Source of the DNA: an uncultured delta proteobacterium
GTDB taxonomy: Bacteria; Desulfobacterota; Syntrophobacteria; Syntrophobacterales; Syntrophobacteraceae
Direction: 5' to 3'
Assembly (NCBI GenBank): GCA_963808625.1
Contig: CAWEHK010000033.1
Span: 64,001-128,000, forward strand
Length of the DNA stretch: 64,000 bases
Shown piece by piece: positions 43,356-54,542 of this stretch (positions within the stretch are counted from its first letter, which is position 1; each line of letters starts with the position of its first letter). The notes under the pieces are model-generated. The model ran no database searches. It saw only the letters and a list, made by a program, of their open reading frames with translations, and was not told the origin of the DNA. The translations under genes were made by a program, and so were the position numbers.

Positions 43356-46300
43356 TTAATCATCTGACGGTGCAAATCCCCTGCGCAGGGTGTTCTCCAC
43401 GATGTTGCGGGGCACCATGAATTGCAGCAGATAGTCAGGGCCGCCGGCCTTGGAACCGATCCCGGACATCTTGAAACCGCCGAACGGATGGCGCTGCACC
43501 AGCGCCCCGGTGCAGCCTCGATTGAGATAGAGGTTGCCGACGCGAAATTCCCTTCGCGCCCTGGCGATATTTTCAGGACTTCGCGAAAACACCGCTCCCG
43601 TCAGGGCATATTGTGTGCTGTTTGCCACCTGCAGAGCTTCCTCAAAGTCCTTCACCTTCATAATGGCGAGAACCGGTCCGAAGATCTCCTCTTGCGCCAG
43701 GCGATGTTCCGGGCGGATATCGGTAAAGATGGTGAGGGGAACGAAGAGGGAGTGATGAGTGATGAGTGATGAGTGATGAGTGGCGGTTGCGGGGTGCTGA
43801 TTCTTGAGTGTTGAGTGCTGGGTGCTGAGTGCTGGGTGCTGGGTGTCAGGAAGGTAGTCGCGCTGGAGGAGGAGGGTGCCTTCCTCTTTGCCGATGGCGA
43901 TGTAATCGAGGATTTTTTGTCTGGCAGCGGGTTCGATCACCGCTCCGATGATGTTTTTAGGATCTTCGACCGGTCCGAGAGGGATGCTTTCCGCCGCAGA
44001 TACTAAACGTTCCACCAGGCGGTCGTAATTTTCTTCGAGGACGATCAAACGGGAGCAGGCGGAGCATTTCTGACCCTGGTAGCCAAACGCTGAGTGCAAA
44101 ATGTGCAGAACCGCCTCATCGAGGTCCGCGTCGGCATCCACAATGATGGCGTTCTTGCCCCCCATTTCCGCGATCACGTGTTTGACCCCTCGTGCGCTCC
44201 GGCCGGTTTTGGCTGCCAGCTCAACGATGTGGAGGCCGGTTTCTTTGCTTCCGGTGAAGGCAATGAGAGCCACCTCGGGATGGCTCACCAGGTAATCGCC
44301 AATTTCACTGCCGGGCCCGGGCAGGAAATTCAAGACGCCGGGCGGCAGCTTCGCCTCCCGGAACAACTCGGAAACCATGGAACCGATCACGGGAGACTGG
44401 GAGGCGGGTTTGTAGACGACCGTGTTGCCGGTAACGATGGCGGCGGAAGTCATTCCCATCGAGATCGCGAGAGGAAAATTCCAGGGAGCGATGACCACGC
44501 AGACGCCTCTTGGTTCGTAGATGAGATGGCTCAGTTCACCCGGAGCGTGCCCCATGCGCCGCGGCGGCCCGAGCCGCAGCATCTCGCGGCCGTAGTATTC
44601 GAGAAAATCAATCGCTTCACAGACATCGGCATCCGCTTCGCCCCAGGCCTTTCCTACTTCAAAAACCTGCAGCGCCGCAAGATCGTAGCGCATCTTGCGC
44701 GCTCGCCATGCGGCCTGAAAAAGAAACTCGGCACGCTCCCGGTAGGGGGTGTCCCGCCACCCTGGAAAAGCCTCGCTTGCGGCCCGAACCGCCGCTTCCG
44801 CCTCCGCTCTGCCCGCCGCCGCCACGACTCCCACCACTTCATCCGGCGCGTTCGGGTTTACCGAGGAGATGGACCTGCCGGTTTCAAGCGTCTTGCCGCC
44901 AATGACCAGAGGGACCTTTCGCGGAAAGGTCTTGCGCAGGCGCTTCAGGGTCTCGCCGAAGCGCTCACGGGGTCCCCCAAGCGTCCAATCCCACAGGGGC
45001 TCGTTTTGGAAAGGGCCCTTGTCTTCGTATTCGGGCGCCTCCTGCCGGGGTCCCTGGGGCGGGGGTTGCTCCTGCAGCATTTCTTTTGGATTGCGGAGCA
45101 ACGCTTCGACCGGGATGCCTTGGACAAAGCTCTGGCGGAGAAAGGACTCGTTGGAGGTATTTTCAAGCAGGCGGCGAACGAGATAAGCCATACCCTGGAG
45201 CATCTCGCCAATGGGCGCATAGACGCGCAGCGGCAGGCCCGCTTTCCGCAGGGCGTTCCTTATGGGCTCCCCCATGCCGTAGATGACCTGATATTCGACC
45301 TGCTCGGCGGGGACACGCAGTTCTTTCGCGGCTTCGATCACGAAGGCGAGCGACCGCAGGTTATGCGAGGCGCATGCCAGTCGGACGCGTTCATGGTGCT
45401 GCAGAATAATGCGGGCCAGTCTTTCAAAATGGGCATCGGTTTCAGGCTTACTGGTAAAGACCGGGATCGGCCAATTGTTCTGACGCGCCCAGATGACCTC
45501 CGAATCCCAGTAGGCCCCTTTCACGAGGCGGATGGTAAAGGGGATTTTGCGGGTTCGCGCCCACTGGAGCAGGTCCTCGAGGTCCGCTTCACTATCCTGA
45601 CGATAGCACTGAAGAGCAATGCCGGTGTGGGGGTAATCGTGGAACTCGGGTTCATCCATAAGGCTGCGGTAGAGCGCCAGGGTGAGGTTTTTGAGCCCAT
45701 GGTGTTCCATGTCCAGATTAACAAAGGCCCCCATCGCGACCGCCTTCCTGAAGAGAGGACGCAGCCGTTCTTTCGCCATCGCTACGGAATGTTCGAAGGC
45801 GGTTGCCCGCAACTGGGAATACATGGCGGAAGCCTTGATGGAAACGTTGACCTTGGGCGAATGTCCCCAGTCCAGGTCGGTAGAGCCTTCACCAAGGGCG
45901 GGCCAGCCATGCTGGACCCCGTCCAGCACGTCGAAGAGTTCGAGATAGCGGTCATAATAGTCGTTGGCTTCATTCTCCGAAACCACCGCTTCGCCGAGCA
46001 AATCGGCGGTAAATCCGACACCCAGCGAACGCAGACGCTCCAGGGCGGGAAGGGCTTGCTCCGGAGTGCTTCCCAGGACGAATTGCCGGGCCATGCTGGT
46101 GATGTTATCGGTGAAGCTTTTCGCCACCATCTTTGCCGTGAACGAGGTCGACGAGCCCAATTTGATTCCCCACTGCAATGCCGAAGGGAGTTTCAATTCC
46201 GGCCGCCCGAAGTATTCCTGAAGGTGTCTGGCGATGGACTCAGGCTGGGTGAGGTAGGGAAAGACATCGATGAAGCGAAACATTTGCACCCGAAACGCAT

Positions 46301-46436
46301 CGTCGCGCATGCACCAGTCGAGCACCTTGCCGATCCAGTACTGCTTTTGAAAGAGGGTAGGGGACTCCCCTTCGAGCAACTGGTAGAGCCCTCTTCCCGT
46401 CTCCTGAACGCGTTCTTCAAGGTCGGCCGCCATCAT
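43356..46436 (-). CDS. putA: Bifunctional proline dehydrogenase / P5C dehydrogenase
   Basis: DLLGE, NLDME, RLVKGAYW, YLVRRLLEN; PWNFP, EMGGKN, GQKCSA, EEIFGPV. Confidence 0.95.
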   Translation of the reverse strand: MMAADLEERVQETGRGLYQLLEGESPTLFQKQYWIGKVLDWCMRDDAFRVQMFRFIDVFPYLTQPESIARHLQEYFGRPELKLPSALQWGIKLGSSTSFTAKMVAKSFTDNITSMARQFVLGSTPEQALPALERLRSLGVGFTADLLGEAVVSENEANDYYDRYLELFDVLDGVQHGWPALGEGSTDLDWGHSPKVNVSIKASAMYSQLRATAFEHSVAMAKERLRPLFRKAVAMGAFVNLDMEHHGLKNLTLALYRSLMDEPEFHDYPHTGIALQCYRQDSEADLEDLLQWARTRKIPFTIRLVKGAYWDSEVIWARQNNWPIPVFTSKPETDAHFERLARIILQHHERVRLACASHNLRSLAFVIEAAKELRVPAEQVEYQVIYGMGEPIRNALRKAGLPLRVYAPIGEMLQGMAYLVRRLLENTSNESFLRQSFVQGIPVEALLRNPKEMLQEQPPPQGPRQEAPEYEDKGPFQNEPLWDWTLGGPRERFGETLKRLRKTFPRKVPLVIGGKTLETGRSISSVNPNAPDEVVGVVAAAGRAEAEAAVRAASEAFPGWRDTPYRERAEFLFQAAWRARKMRYDLAALQVFEVGKAWGEADADVCEAIDFLEYYGREMLRLGPPRRMGHAPGELSHLIYEPRGVCVVIAPWNFPLAISMGMTSAAIVTGNTVVYKPASQSPVIGSMVSELFREAKLPPGVLNFLPGPGSEIGDYLVSHPEVALIAFTGSKETGLHIVELAAKTGRSARGVKHVIAEMGGKNAIIVDADADLDEAVLHILHSAFGYQGQKCSACSRLIVLEENYDRLVERLVSAAESIPLGPVEDPKNIIGAVIEPAARQKILDYIAIGKEEGTLLLQRDYLPDTQHPALSTQHSTLKNQHPATATHHSSLITHHSLFVPLTIFTDIRPEHRLAQEEIFGPVLAIMKVKDFEEALQVANSTQYALTGAVFSRSPENIARARREFRVGNLYLNRGCTGALVQRHPFGGFKMSGIGSKAGGPDYLLQFMVPRNIVENTLRRGFAPSDD
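43750..43847. repeat. 14 tandem heptamers (GAGTGAT/GGGTGCT-like) inside putA, frame preserved
   Basis: gagtgat x4 followed by variants; encodes TQHPALSTQHSTLKNQHPATATHHSSLITHHS. Confidence 0.85.
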
Positions 46437-46641
46437 CTTCCTCCATCAGGCCAGGCAGTCATAAAAGAAACAACATCACAACTTTTTGGCCAATACAAAC
46501 TCATTATATCATCTACACCGAAGTTGACACAAAGGGGGTTCCCTGTTATTTTTCGCATACTTCTGTAAAGGAGTGTGGAAAGAGGCCTGGCGGATTTCAT
46601 TTGGTTGCCATCTGTTCTTATCTACAAAAGGGGAGGGTTCC

Positions 46642-47760
46642 ATGAAAAAGCTGCTTTTTCTTGCTCTGGTTTTGTCCTTTATCATGGGTCAAGCTTATGC
46701 CGCGGATACCGTTAAGATCGGCCTCATGGGTCCGATGACGGGTTCGTGGGCCAGCGAGGGACAGGAAATGAAACAGGTCCTGGATCTGCTGGCGGAAGAA
46801 TTGAATGCCAAAGGCGGAGTGATGGGAAAAAAGGTGGAGGTGATCAGCGAGGACGACGGCGGTGATCCGCGCACCGCTTCGCTGGCCGCCACGCGACTGT
46901 CCACCCAGGGCATTGTCGGCGTTATCGGAACTTACGGCTCAGCCGTGACCGAAGCCACCCAGAACATCTACAATGAAGCCAAGATCCCTCAGATTGCCAA
47001 TGGTTCTACCGCGATTCGCCTGACCGAAAAAGGCTTGCCCATGTTCTTCAGGACCTGTCCCCGTGATGATGAGCAGGCCAAAGTAGCGGCTCAGACGGTC
47101 CAGAAGCTGGGCGTGAAGAAGCTCGCGATCCTGCATGACAACAGCACCTACGCCAAAGGCCTCGCCGACGAAACCAAGGCGCTGCTTCAGGGAAAGGGTG
47201 TAGACATCGTTTTCTTCGATGCCCTGACGCCCAAGGAACAGGATTACACCACTATTCTCACCAAGATGAAGGCGGCCCAGCCTGATTTCGTCTTCTTCAC
47301 CGGCTACTATGGAGAAGGCGGATTGCTCCTCAAGCAGAAAAAAGACATGAATTGGAATGTCCCCTTTATGGGTGGCGATGCGACCAACAATCCGGATCTG
47401 GTTAAGATCGCCGGGAAAGATGCCGCGGCCGGCTTCTACTTCCTCAGCGCGCCCCTGCCCAAGGACCTTCCTTTTGAAGAAGCAAAGGCTTTCCTTGCCG
47501 CGTTCGCCAAAAAATACGGAAATCCTCCCAGTTCGGTTTATGCGGTGCTGGCTGGAGACGGGTTCCGAGTCCTCGCCTATGCCATCGACCAGACCAAATC
47601 TACTGACACCTCCAAGCTCTCCGATTACCTGCACAAAGATCTCAAGGATTTTCCGGGCCTGACGGGGAAGATTTCCTTTAACGACAAGGGCGACCGCGTC
47701 GGAGAAGTCTACAAAGTTTACCAGGTCAATCCGGACGGACAGTTCATTCTGCAGCCTTAA
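46642..47760 (+). CDS. livK: Branched-chain amino acid ABC transporter substrate-binding protein
   Basis: Signal peptide, KIGLMGPMTG, EDDGGDP, FRTCPRDD, GLTGKISF. Confidence 0.9.
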   Translation: MKKLLFLALVLSFIMGQAYAADTVKIGLMGPMTGSWASEGQEMKQVLDLLAEELNAKGGVMGKKVEVISEDDGGDPRTASLAATRLSTQGIVGVIGTYGSAVTEATQNIYNEAKIPQIANGSTAIRLTEKGLPMFFRTCPRDDEQAKVAAQTVQKLGVKKLAILHDNSTYAKGLADETKALLQGKGVDIVFFDALTPKEQDYTTILTKMKAAQPDFVFFTGYYGEGGLLLKQKKDMNWNVPFMGGDATNNPDLVKIAGKDAAAGFYFLSAPLPKDLPFEEAKAFLAAFAKKYGNPPSSVYAVLAGDGFRVLAYAIDQTKSTDTSKLSDYLHKDLKDFPGLTGKISFNDKGDRVGEVYKVYQVNPDGQFILQP

Positions 47761-47778
47761 GTTGCCCGCTTCGCTTCG

Positions 47779-47822
47779 AAACCAGCGCATGGGAAATCAT
47801 CTGATCATGCGCTGGTTTTTTT
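47779..47822 (+). terminator. Stem-loop/terminator after livK
   Basis: AAACCAGCGCATG / CATGCGCTGGTTT followed by a T run. Confidence 0.7.
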
Positions 47823-47966
47823 GGTACGTTTCCTCTAGGATTTCAACGGTGGAGACTTTTCGTTGCGAGAGCGCCACACGCACGGTACGCGGAAGGTTGT
47901 TTAAAGGCCTTTCTCTGCGTTCTCTGCGACTCTGCGGTGGGCTTTTTGACGTAAGAAGCATAGGCC

Positions 47967-48872
47967 ATGGAACAATTTTTTCAGCAATTGACCAACGGCT
48001 TGGCGGTCGGCGGGATCTATGCGCTGATCGCCCTGGGCTACACCATGGTCTATGGCGTTCTCAAGCTGATCAACTTTGCCCACGCGGATCTCTTCACTCT
48101 CGGAGCGTATCTCGGCTTGACGCTCCTGACCTCGATGGCTCTGACCAACCACCTGGGACCGCTCTGGGGAACACTGCTGCTGGCGCTCATGGTGATGGGA
48201 CTGATCGCTCTCGTGGGCGCGCTCCTGGACCGTGTCGCCTATCGCCCGCTGCGGGCGTCACCGCGCCTCTCCGCCGTGGTTTCGGCGCTGGGCGCCTCGA
48301 TCTTTCTGCAAAACACGGTCATGCTGGTCTACGGGGCCCGCTTCCAGGTCTATCCCCAAAACATTCTGCCCAAGGCCGCTCTCGACGTGGCGGGACTGTC
48401 CATCCCCGTGGTGCGGCTCATGGTCCTTGCCACCTCGTTGATCATGATGGCGGCGCTCTACCTTTTTATCCAAAAAACCAAGATCGGCACGGCGATTCGG
48501 GCTGCCGCCATCGATCAGGGAGCCGCGAGGCTCATGGGGATCGATGTCAACCGCGTCATTCTGATGGTGTTTCTGGTCGGCCCTGCACTCGGTGGTCTGG
48601 CCGGCCTGATGGTCGGGCTCTATTATGGCCAGATCAATTTCACCATGGGCTGGGGATACGGCCTCAAGGCCTTTACCGCAGCCATCCTCGGGGGCATCGG
48701 CAACATTCCGGGAGCCATGGTCGGGGGCCTGCTCCTTGGCATCGTTGAAGCCATGGGAGCGGCTTATCTCTCCATGGCGTGGAAAGACGCCATCGCGTTT
48801 TGCGTGCTGATTCTTATTCTTATTGTTCGTCCGACGGGACTCCTGGGCGAGCGGGTTGCCGAAAAAGTATGA
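47967..48872 (+). CDS. livH: BCAA ABC permease
   Basis: YALIALGYTMVYGVLKLINFAH, KAFTAAILGGIG. Confidence 0.93.
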   Translation: MEQFFQQLTNGLAVGGIYALIALGYTMVYGVLKLINFAHADLFTLGAYLGLTLLTSMALTNHLGPLWGTLLLALMVMGLIALVGALLDRVAYRPLRASPRLSAVVSALGASIFLQNTVMLVYGARFQVYPQNILPKAALDVAGLSIPVVRLMVLATSLIMMAALYLFIQKTKIGTAIRAAAIDQGAARLMGIDVNRVILMVFLVGPALGGLAGLMVGLYYGQINFTMGWGYGLKAFTAAILGGIGNIPGAMVGGLLLGIVEAMGAAYLSMAWKDAIAFCVLILILIVRPTGLLGERVAEKV

Positions 48873-49829
48873 GCAGACAAAGAACCGTTCTGACCCTGGC
48901 GCTCACCGGCCTATTCTTTTCTTTTGCCGTCATTGCTGAATACCTACTGGGTCGACGTCCTCAATAGCATCGGCATTTATGCCATCCTCGGCGCTCAGTC
49001 TCAATTTGATCGTGGGACATGCGGGGCTTTTTAACCTCGGTCATGCCGCCTTCTATGCCGTGGGAGCTTATACCGCGGCAATTCTTAACACTCATTTCCA
49101 TATGCCTGTTCTGTGGCTCATTCCGCTTTGCGGGCTCACGTCCGGTCTTTTTGCCCTGCTCATCGCCCGTCCCATCATCCATCTGCGGGGAGATTATCTT
49201 TGCATCGTCACCATCGGGGTCGGCGAAATTGTGCGAATCGCTCTCATCAATAATGTCTTCGGCATTACCGGAGGCGCGAACGGGATTTTCGGCATCGCGC
49301 GCCCGAGCCTGTTCGGATTTGTCCTTCGCACCCCTCACCATTTCTTTTACCTCATTTGGATTTTTGTATGTGTAACCATATACTTATTCCATCTTTTGGA
49401 ATATTCCCGCTATGGCCGGGCTTTGAATTATCTCCGTGAAGACGAGGTTGCAGCGGAAGGAAGCGGCATCAATACCGCCTACTACAAGCTCGCGGCTTTT
49501 GTCGTCGGGGCCGCCTGGGCGGGGATGGTCGGCAACATCTATGCTGCGAAAATGACGATTATTTCTCCGGAATCCTTCAGTTTCTGGGAATCGGTTCTGA
49601 TGTTCGCCATCGTCATCCTGGGCGGCGCGGGAAGCATCCCCGGGGTATTGCTCGGGTCTTTCCTCATCGTCGGGTTGCCCGAAGCATTCAGAGAGTTCGC
49701 CAACGCCCGCATGCTGGTTTTCGGAGCAGCCATGGTGGTCATGATGATTTTCCGCACCCAGGGACTGCTGCCGCCGCAACCGCGCATCTACAACCTCCGG
49801 GGCCGGTGGAAGGCGAGGGCAGGGGATGA
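48869..49829 (+). CDS. livM: BCAA ABC permease (frameshifted)
   Basis: LNLIVGHAG..LGHAAFY, LRGDYL.IVT, PESF; overlaps both livH and livG (ATGA). Confidence 0.85.
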
Positions 49830-50593
49830 GCGTTCTCAGCATCAACCGCTGACCAAGAATTTTGGAGGTCTAACGGCGGTAAGCAACGTCTCCTTCGAGG
49901 TGGATTTCGGGGGGATCGTTGGCCTCATCGGGCCCAACGGAGCCGGTAAAACAACGGTGTTTAACCTGATTACCGGGATTTATCGCCCCGATCAGGGGGA
50001 GATCACCTTTAACCAGGTTTCCGTGGTGGGTCGTCCCACCCATCGCATTATCGCGATGGGGATTGGAAGGACATTCCAGACCATCAGGCTCTTTCAAAAT
50101 CTGTCCGTGATGGAAAATGTTTTGGCCGGATGCCACTGCCAGATGAAAGTCGGGAGTCCTGTCATCGATGATTCATACTCCCGGCCAAAGGCGGAAGAAA
50201 AGAGGGCACTCGGTGAAGCTCTGCGTGTTCTCGAATTTGTCGGGCTGCGCCATGAGGTGCAGCAGCTTGCCAAGAATCTTTCTTACGGCAATCAACGTCT
50301 TCTCGAAATTGCCCGTGCTCTCGCCACTAGACCCAAGCTGCTCATCCTGGATGAACCGGCAGGGGGGATGAATGAACAGGAAACGACCCAATTGGTTACG
50401 CTGATTCAGGAAGATTCGGGACCAGGGAGTTACCATCCTGTTGATCGAGCATGACATGAGCTTTGTCATGCGCGTGTGCGAGAAAATTGTGGTACTGGAA
50501 TATGGGTCGAAGATCGCCGAAGGACCGCCCGAACAAATCAAACAGGACCCCAAAGTCATCGAAGCTTACCTGGGTGTAGAGGAAGACTGGTAG
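49826..50593 (+). CDS. livG: BCAA ABC ATP-binding protein (frameshifted)
   Basis: [36 protein letters not shown]. Confidence 0.87.
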
Positions 50594-50594
50594 C

Positions 50595-51314
50595 ATGGCC
50601 CTCCTTGAAATTGTGGATCTGCATGTTAAATACGGGAATATCGAGGTGCTCCATGGGATCGATCTTCGCGTCGACGAAGGGGAAATCGTCACGATTCTCG
50701 GTGCCAACGGTGCAGGGAAATCGACAACCCTGCTTACCCTCAGCGGATTGGTCAGAACCCTCGGAGGGTAGCATTGCTTTCGGCGGGCGGGCTATCGATA
50801 AACTGCCGGCCCATGCAATCGTCAAGCTGGGTATTGCTCAGGTGCCGGAAGGCCGACGCATTTTCAATACCCTGACGGTTCAGGAAAACCTGAATCTCGG
50901 CGCCTTTGTCTCCAAGGACTCGGGCTGGTAAAGAAGACTCAGGACTGGATCTACGGGCTTTTACCGATATTGTCCGAACGCCGCCAGCAACTGGGGGGAA
51001 CGCTGAGCGGCGGGGAGCAGCAGATGCTCGCCATCGGGCGAGCGCTGATGAGCCAACCGAAAATTCTTCTGTTGGACGAGCCCAGCCTCGGCCTGGCCCC
51101 GCTGCTGGTGAAGACCATTTTCCAGACCCTCCGGGAAATCAACGCCACGGGCGTGACCATCGTGCTGGTGGAACAAAATGCCCGCGCGGCGCTTAAGCTG
51201 GCGCACCGCGGTTACGTGATGGAACTGGGCAAGATCGTGCTGGAAGGCCCCTCGGCGGAGCTTATGGCCGATCCCGAAGTGCAGGCGGCTTATCTCGGGA
51301 CGGGAAGTCAGTAG
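50595..51314 (+). CDS. livF: BCAA ABC ATP-binding protein (frameshifted)
   Basis: [40 protein letters not shown]. Confidence 0.87.
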
Positions 51315-51425
51315 ACAGGAGACAGAAGTTGGACAGGACAGAAGTCAGTAGCAGGAGTCAGAAGTCAGGAAGGACAGAAGCAAAAAGTCAGAAGACAGGA
51401 GTCAGTAGTCAGAAATCAGCAGTCG
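51306..51425. repeat. Heptamer tandem repeat (CAGAAGT-like)
   Basis: Degenerate cagtaga/caggaga/cagaagt/caggagt units starting at the livF stop. Confidence 0.75.
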
Positions 51426-51427
51426 GA

Positions 51428-52209
51428 TCACAAGGTTCTCTTGTGGCGCTCGTTTTTTGCATCTCGCTTCCAATCTCTCTTTTTTCCGCCTTTTTGCTTA
51501 TTCCCCTTGCCAGCCCCATTCTTGACCGGGGAATGAGTAGTCTGCAACTGATGGGCATCCACAAAGAAGGAGCCGGCGGAAGCCGGAAGGTCCGGTCGCG
51601 AGGGTTTCGCCTCGACCTTTTTCCGAGTGGTCAGGGCGGCGTGTTGCTCGGCGCGAATCAAAGGGAAGATCGAGGTGCCTGACAGAGATCGATTCCACCA
51701 GATACAAGGCGGCGCCTGCCCAGTGAATTCGTTCACCCTCGGCGTGGGCCCTGGCTGCGCGAATCTCGACCAGGATCGGTTCCGGATCGCGCCTCCTGCC
51801 AAGGCGGAGAGCCAGCTCTTTATCAGCGGCGACTGGGACATAGGGGCGATGCGAGCGGGCAATGCCATGTTCCTTGAGTGAGGCATATTGTTTGCGTCTG
51901 CAGGCGAAGTGAAGCCTTTCCGGAACAATATCGGCGAGCGGATAGGGGGGCTGTATCAGATCCGGCCCGCAAGCGCAACAGATTTCCCTCCAGGGCGAAC
52001 GGAAGCTCGCAGCCCGGAAGGTAGTTCAACTCCCGGACAATGCCCTCACGAACAAACCGCAGCGAGGGGTCCTCCTGCAGCGCCCAATACAGTTCCTTCC
52101 AGGGCATCGTGCCGTCGGGGTCCCAGAAGAGACCGTATTCCGCCGGTGCCTGATAAGCAATATACGACAGGGTTTTCGCCAATGTTTTTGGATTGTACTG
52201 CGCGGCCAT
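51428..52209 (-). CDS. RNA 2'-phosphotransferase (Tpt1/KptA)-like protein, degenerate and frameshifted
   Basis: LAKTLSYI...P.EYGL..D.DG; PERL.., R.YV.., LALRLGRRRDPEPILVEI.A; basic C-terminal tail. Confidence 0.6.
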
Positions 52210-52477
52210 CGAAGAAGCCCTCCGGTATTATGCAAGGCCCAACTTGTAGCTGAAAGCCTGCGCATCAGCGTATCACAGAATCGGTATCGAGTTGAACAGG
52301 GGAGTCGCCTCGTCAAGGTACTTCTGAGGGTCTTTGGCAATCTTCAGTGCACTCTGGAAAAGCGCTTTTCTTAAGTTTACATAATATATATTATCAGACG
52401 TTATGGCTGCGGATGCGCCTGCGTATTTTTCCCTTGACTTTCCCTGCCTTATCCATTATCTAAATCTCCGCGACTGA

Positions 52478-52552
<75 letters not shown>

Positions 52553-52567
52553 TTGGTGAAAAGCCGG

Positions 52568-52595
52568 GGTGGTAATGCAAGCCACCCTTTTTTTG
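52568..52595 (+). terminator. Terminator after tRNA-Gly
   Basis: GGGTGG-loop-CCACCC followed by a T tract. Confidence 0.7.
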
Positions 52596-52641
52596 TCATG
52601 CAAAATTCGACTGGGCGTTTTCTTTGCGATTCCAATGGAAG

Positions 52642-53668
52642 ATGAAGAAAAATAAGATAGATTCACCGGTCAGGAACGCCAACCGGCACCGCTCAAAAAA
52701 AGAAGCCCTCAAAGAGCTCTATTCCCATTTTCATCCCAAAGATCACGTTCTCATAACCATCGATCCCGACCCGGATGCCATCGCCTCGGCCCTGGCGCTC
52801 AAGCGTCTTCTCTGGCACAAGGTCCAGTCCACCACCATTGGCATGATTCGCCCCATCAGGCGCCTCAATAATCTAACCATGGTCCGGGTGTTGCGACTCC
52901 CCCTGGTGCTCCTCAGCCGGGACAAACCCGAGCGCTATGATAAATATGTTGTGGTTGATGGGCAGCCGAGCCACAACGATTTCTTCCAGCGCTTCCACTA
53001 CAACGCGGTCATTGACCACCACCCGATCACGAATTCTTTCGGCGAAGACCCTTTTCTCGATATTCGCCCCGATTACGGTTCCACTTCCACGATCCTCACG
53101 GAATACCTGAAAACCGCCCGGATTAAACCCTCTCAAACCATCGCCACCTCACTCTTATATGGCATCAAGACCGATACCCGCAACTTCGAGCGCAACACAA
53201 TTCTTGCCGATATCGAAGCCTTCCGCTATCTGTTTCCGTTGGCAAATCATAACATATTGAGAAAAATAGAGATTTCCGATTTATCCTTCGGTGATCTCAA
53301 GTTTTTTCATAAGGCGGTGGAGCGCAAGCATATTGTCAGGGACCGCCTCTTCGCTCACCTGGACGAAGTCCCTACGGCCGATATTTTGGTGGTCATTGCC
53401 GAGTTCTTTCTGAAAGTCCATGACATCTCGTGGAGCATCATCTCCGGCATCCTGGAAGGCAACTTGATTATCATCGTGCGCAGTGACGGCAGCAGGGATA
53501 CCGGCAAGATCATCCGGCGGGCCTTCGGGCACCTGGGATGCGCCGGCGGTCATCAGGCCATGGCCCGGGCCGAAATTCCCCTTGCCAACCTGAACCAGGT
53601 CCTGGAGAAGCCCACTTCGGCAGCAATCGAGGCAGTTGATCCGGAAGCGACTTTCGCCGTTCAAGTAG
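52642..53668 (+). CDS. DHH/DHHA1 phosphoesterase (NrnA-like)
   Basis: DPDPDAIAS, VVDG, IDHH, GIKTDT, AGGH; probable 3' frameshift near 53630. Confidence 0.85.
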
Positions 53669-53705
53669 GAGTCTTGCATGGGGGATGCCGGTTTCCGAGG
53701 ACAAA

Positions 53706-54125
53706 TCAAACCCAGGGGTTTAGTATGGTTATACCAGCATGTCTGAAATCCGCATCGTTCCGGGTGACTAAACGGCAGTGACTATGCTGTGCAGTGGCAG
53801 CCACGAGTGAGTCGATTGCTGCCATCTTCTTCCCCTTGGCTTCCAGCGAACCCGTCAGTTGCCCCCAAGTCAGAACAACTTCAATATTGATCGCTAGAAT
53901 CCGCCCACTGAACCTTGCCAGCAGTTCTTCATTGAGCCAGGCATGGAGGGTGGTTTTACGCCTGGAAACCGGCAGTTTCTCGATACCCTTCCGAATCTCG
54001 CCAATAGTAATAACACTCAGGTATGCGCTTTCGGGATCAATGCTGTCGATCCAATCGACGACCCGAGGATTCGGCCTTTTGGCAACCAACTCTGAAATCA
54101 CGCAGGTGTCGAGGAGATATTTCAT
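53706..54125 (-). CDS. vapC: VapC PIN-domain toxin
   Basis: YLLDTCVISE, GEI.KG, DSLVAATA, VTRN..DF, NPW. Confidence 0.92.
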   Translation of the reverse strand: MKYLLDTCVISELVAKRPNPRVVDWIDSIDPESAYLSVITIGEIRKGIEKLPVSRRKTTLHAWLNEELLARFSGRILAINIEVVLTWGQLTGSLEAKGKKMAAIDSLVAATAQHSHCRLVTRNDADFRHAGITILNPWV

Positions 54126-54376
54126 AGAGCGATATCCTCTCTGAGATCACTCCTGTCACGATCCAGGTCCAATTCCACGCCAACCAGCGGCGAATCCCGG
54201 AAAAAGGCAGAAAGCTTCTTCTGGGAGGCGATCATCTTCCGGTACTCAGCATAGGAAAGCAGTATTCCCACTTCAACCCCCCTCTTGGTGATGATCTGGG
54301 GTCCATGTTCAAGTGCCTCTTGAAGAACCTGACTCAGTTTGTTCTTTGCTTCCTGCAATTGCCACGCGCGTCTCAT
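54122..54376 (-). CDS. Phd/YefM antitoxin
   Basis: WQLQEAKNKLS, GPQIITKRG; overlaps the vapC start. Confidence 0.9.
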   Translation of the reverse strand: MRRAWQLQEAKNKLSQVLQEALEHGPQIITKRGVEVGILLSYAEYRKMIASQKKLSAFFRDSPLVGVELDLDRDRSDLREDIAL

Positions 54377-54542
54377 ATCCGGCTCCTTCTGGCTAGTCAG
54401 TCTAGATTGTATGCCCAGCTTAGCATGAGGTCAAGCAAGGATTCCTTATCTCCTGTCCCGGGTCATCAGATGGAATGTCATCGAGATTTATCCTTGGAAC
54501 TGAAAACGAAAATGCGATAGGTTGAGAGGTGAAAGAAAAACA

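Noticed and set aside
44094..46568. 824-aa + strand ORF
   Set aside because: Antisense shadow of putA in GC-rich DNA; no recognisable motifs.
48979..50454. Apparent LivM-LivG fusion
   Set aside because: An ATGA stop/start overlap at 49826-49829 and nearby indels explain it as a frameshift artefact.
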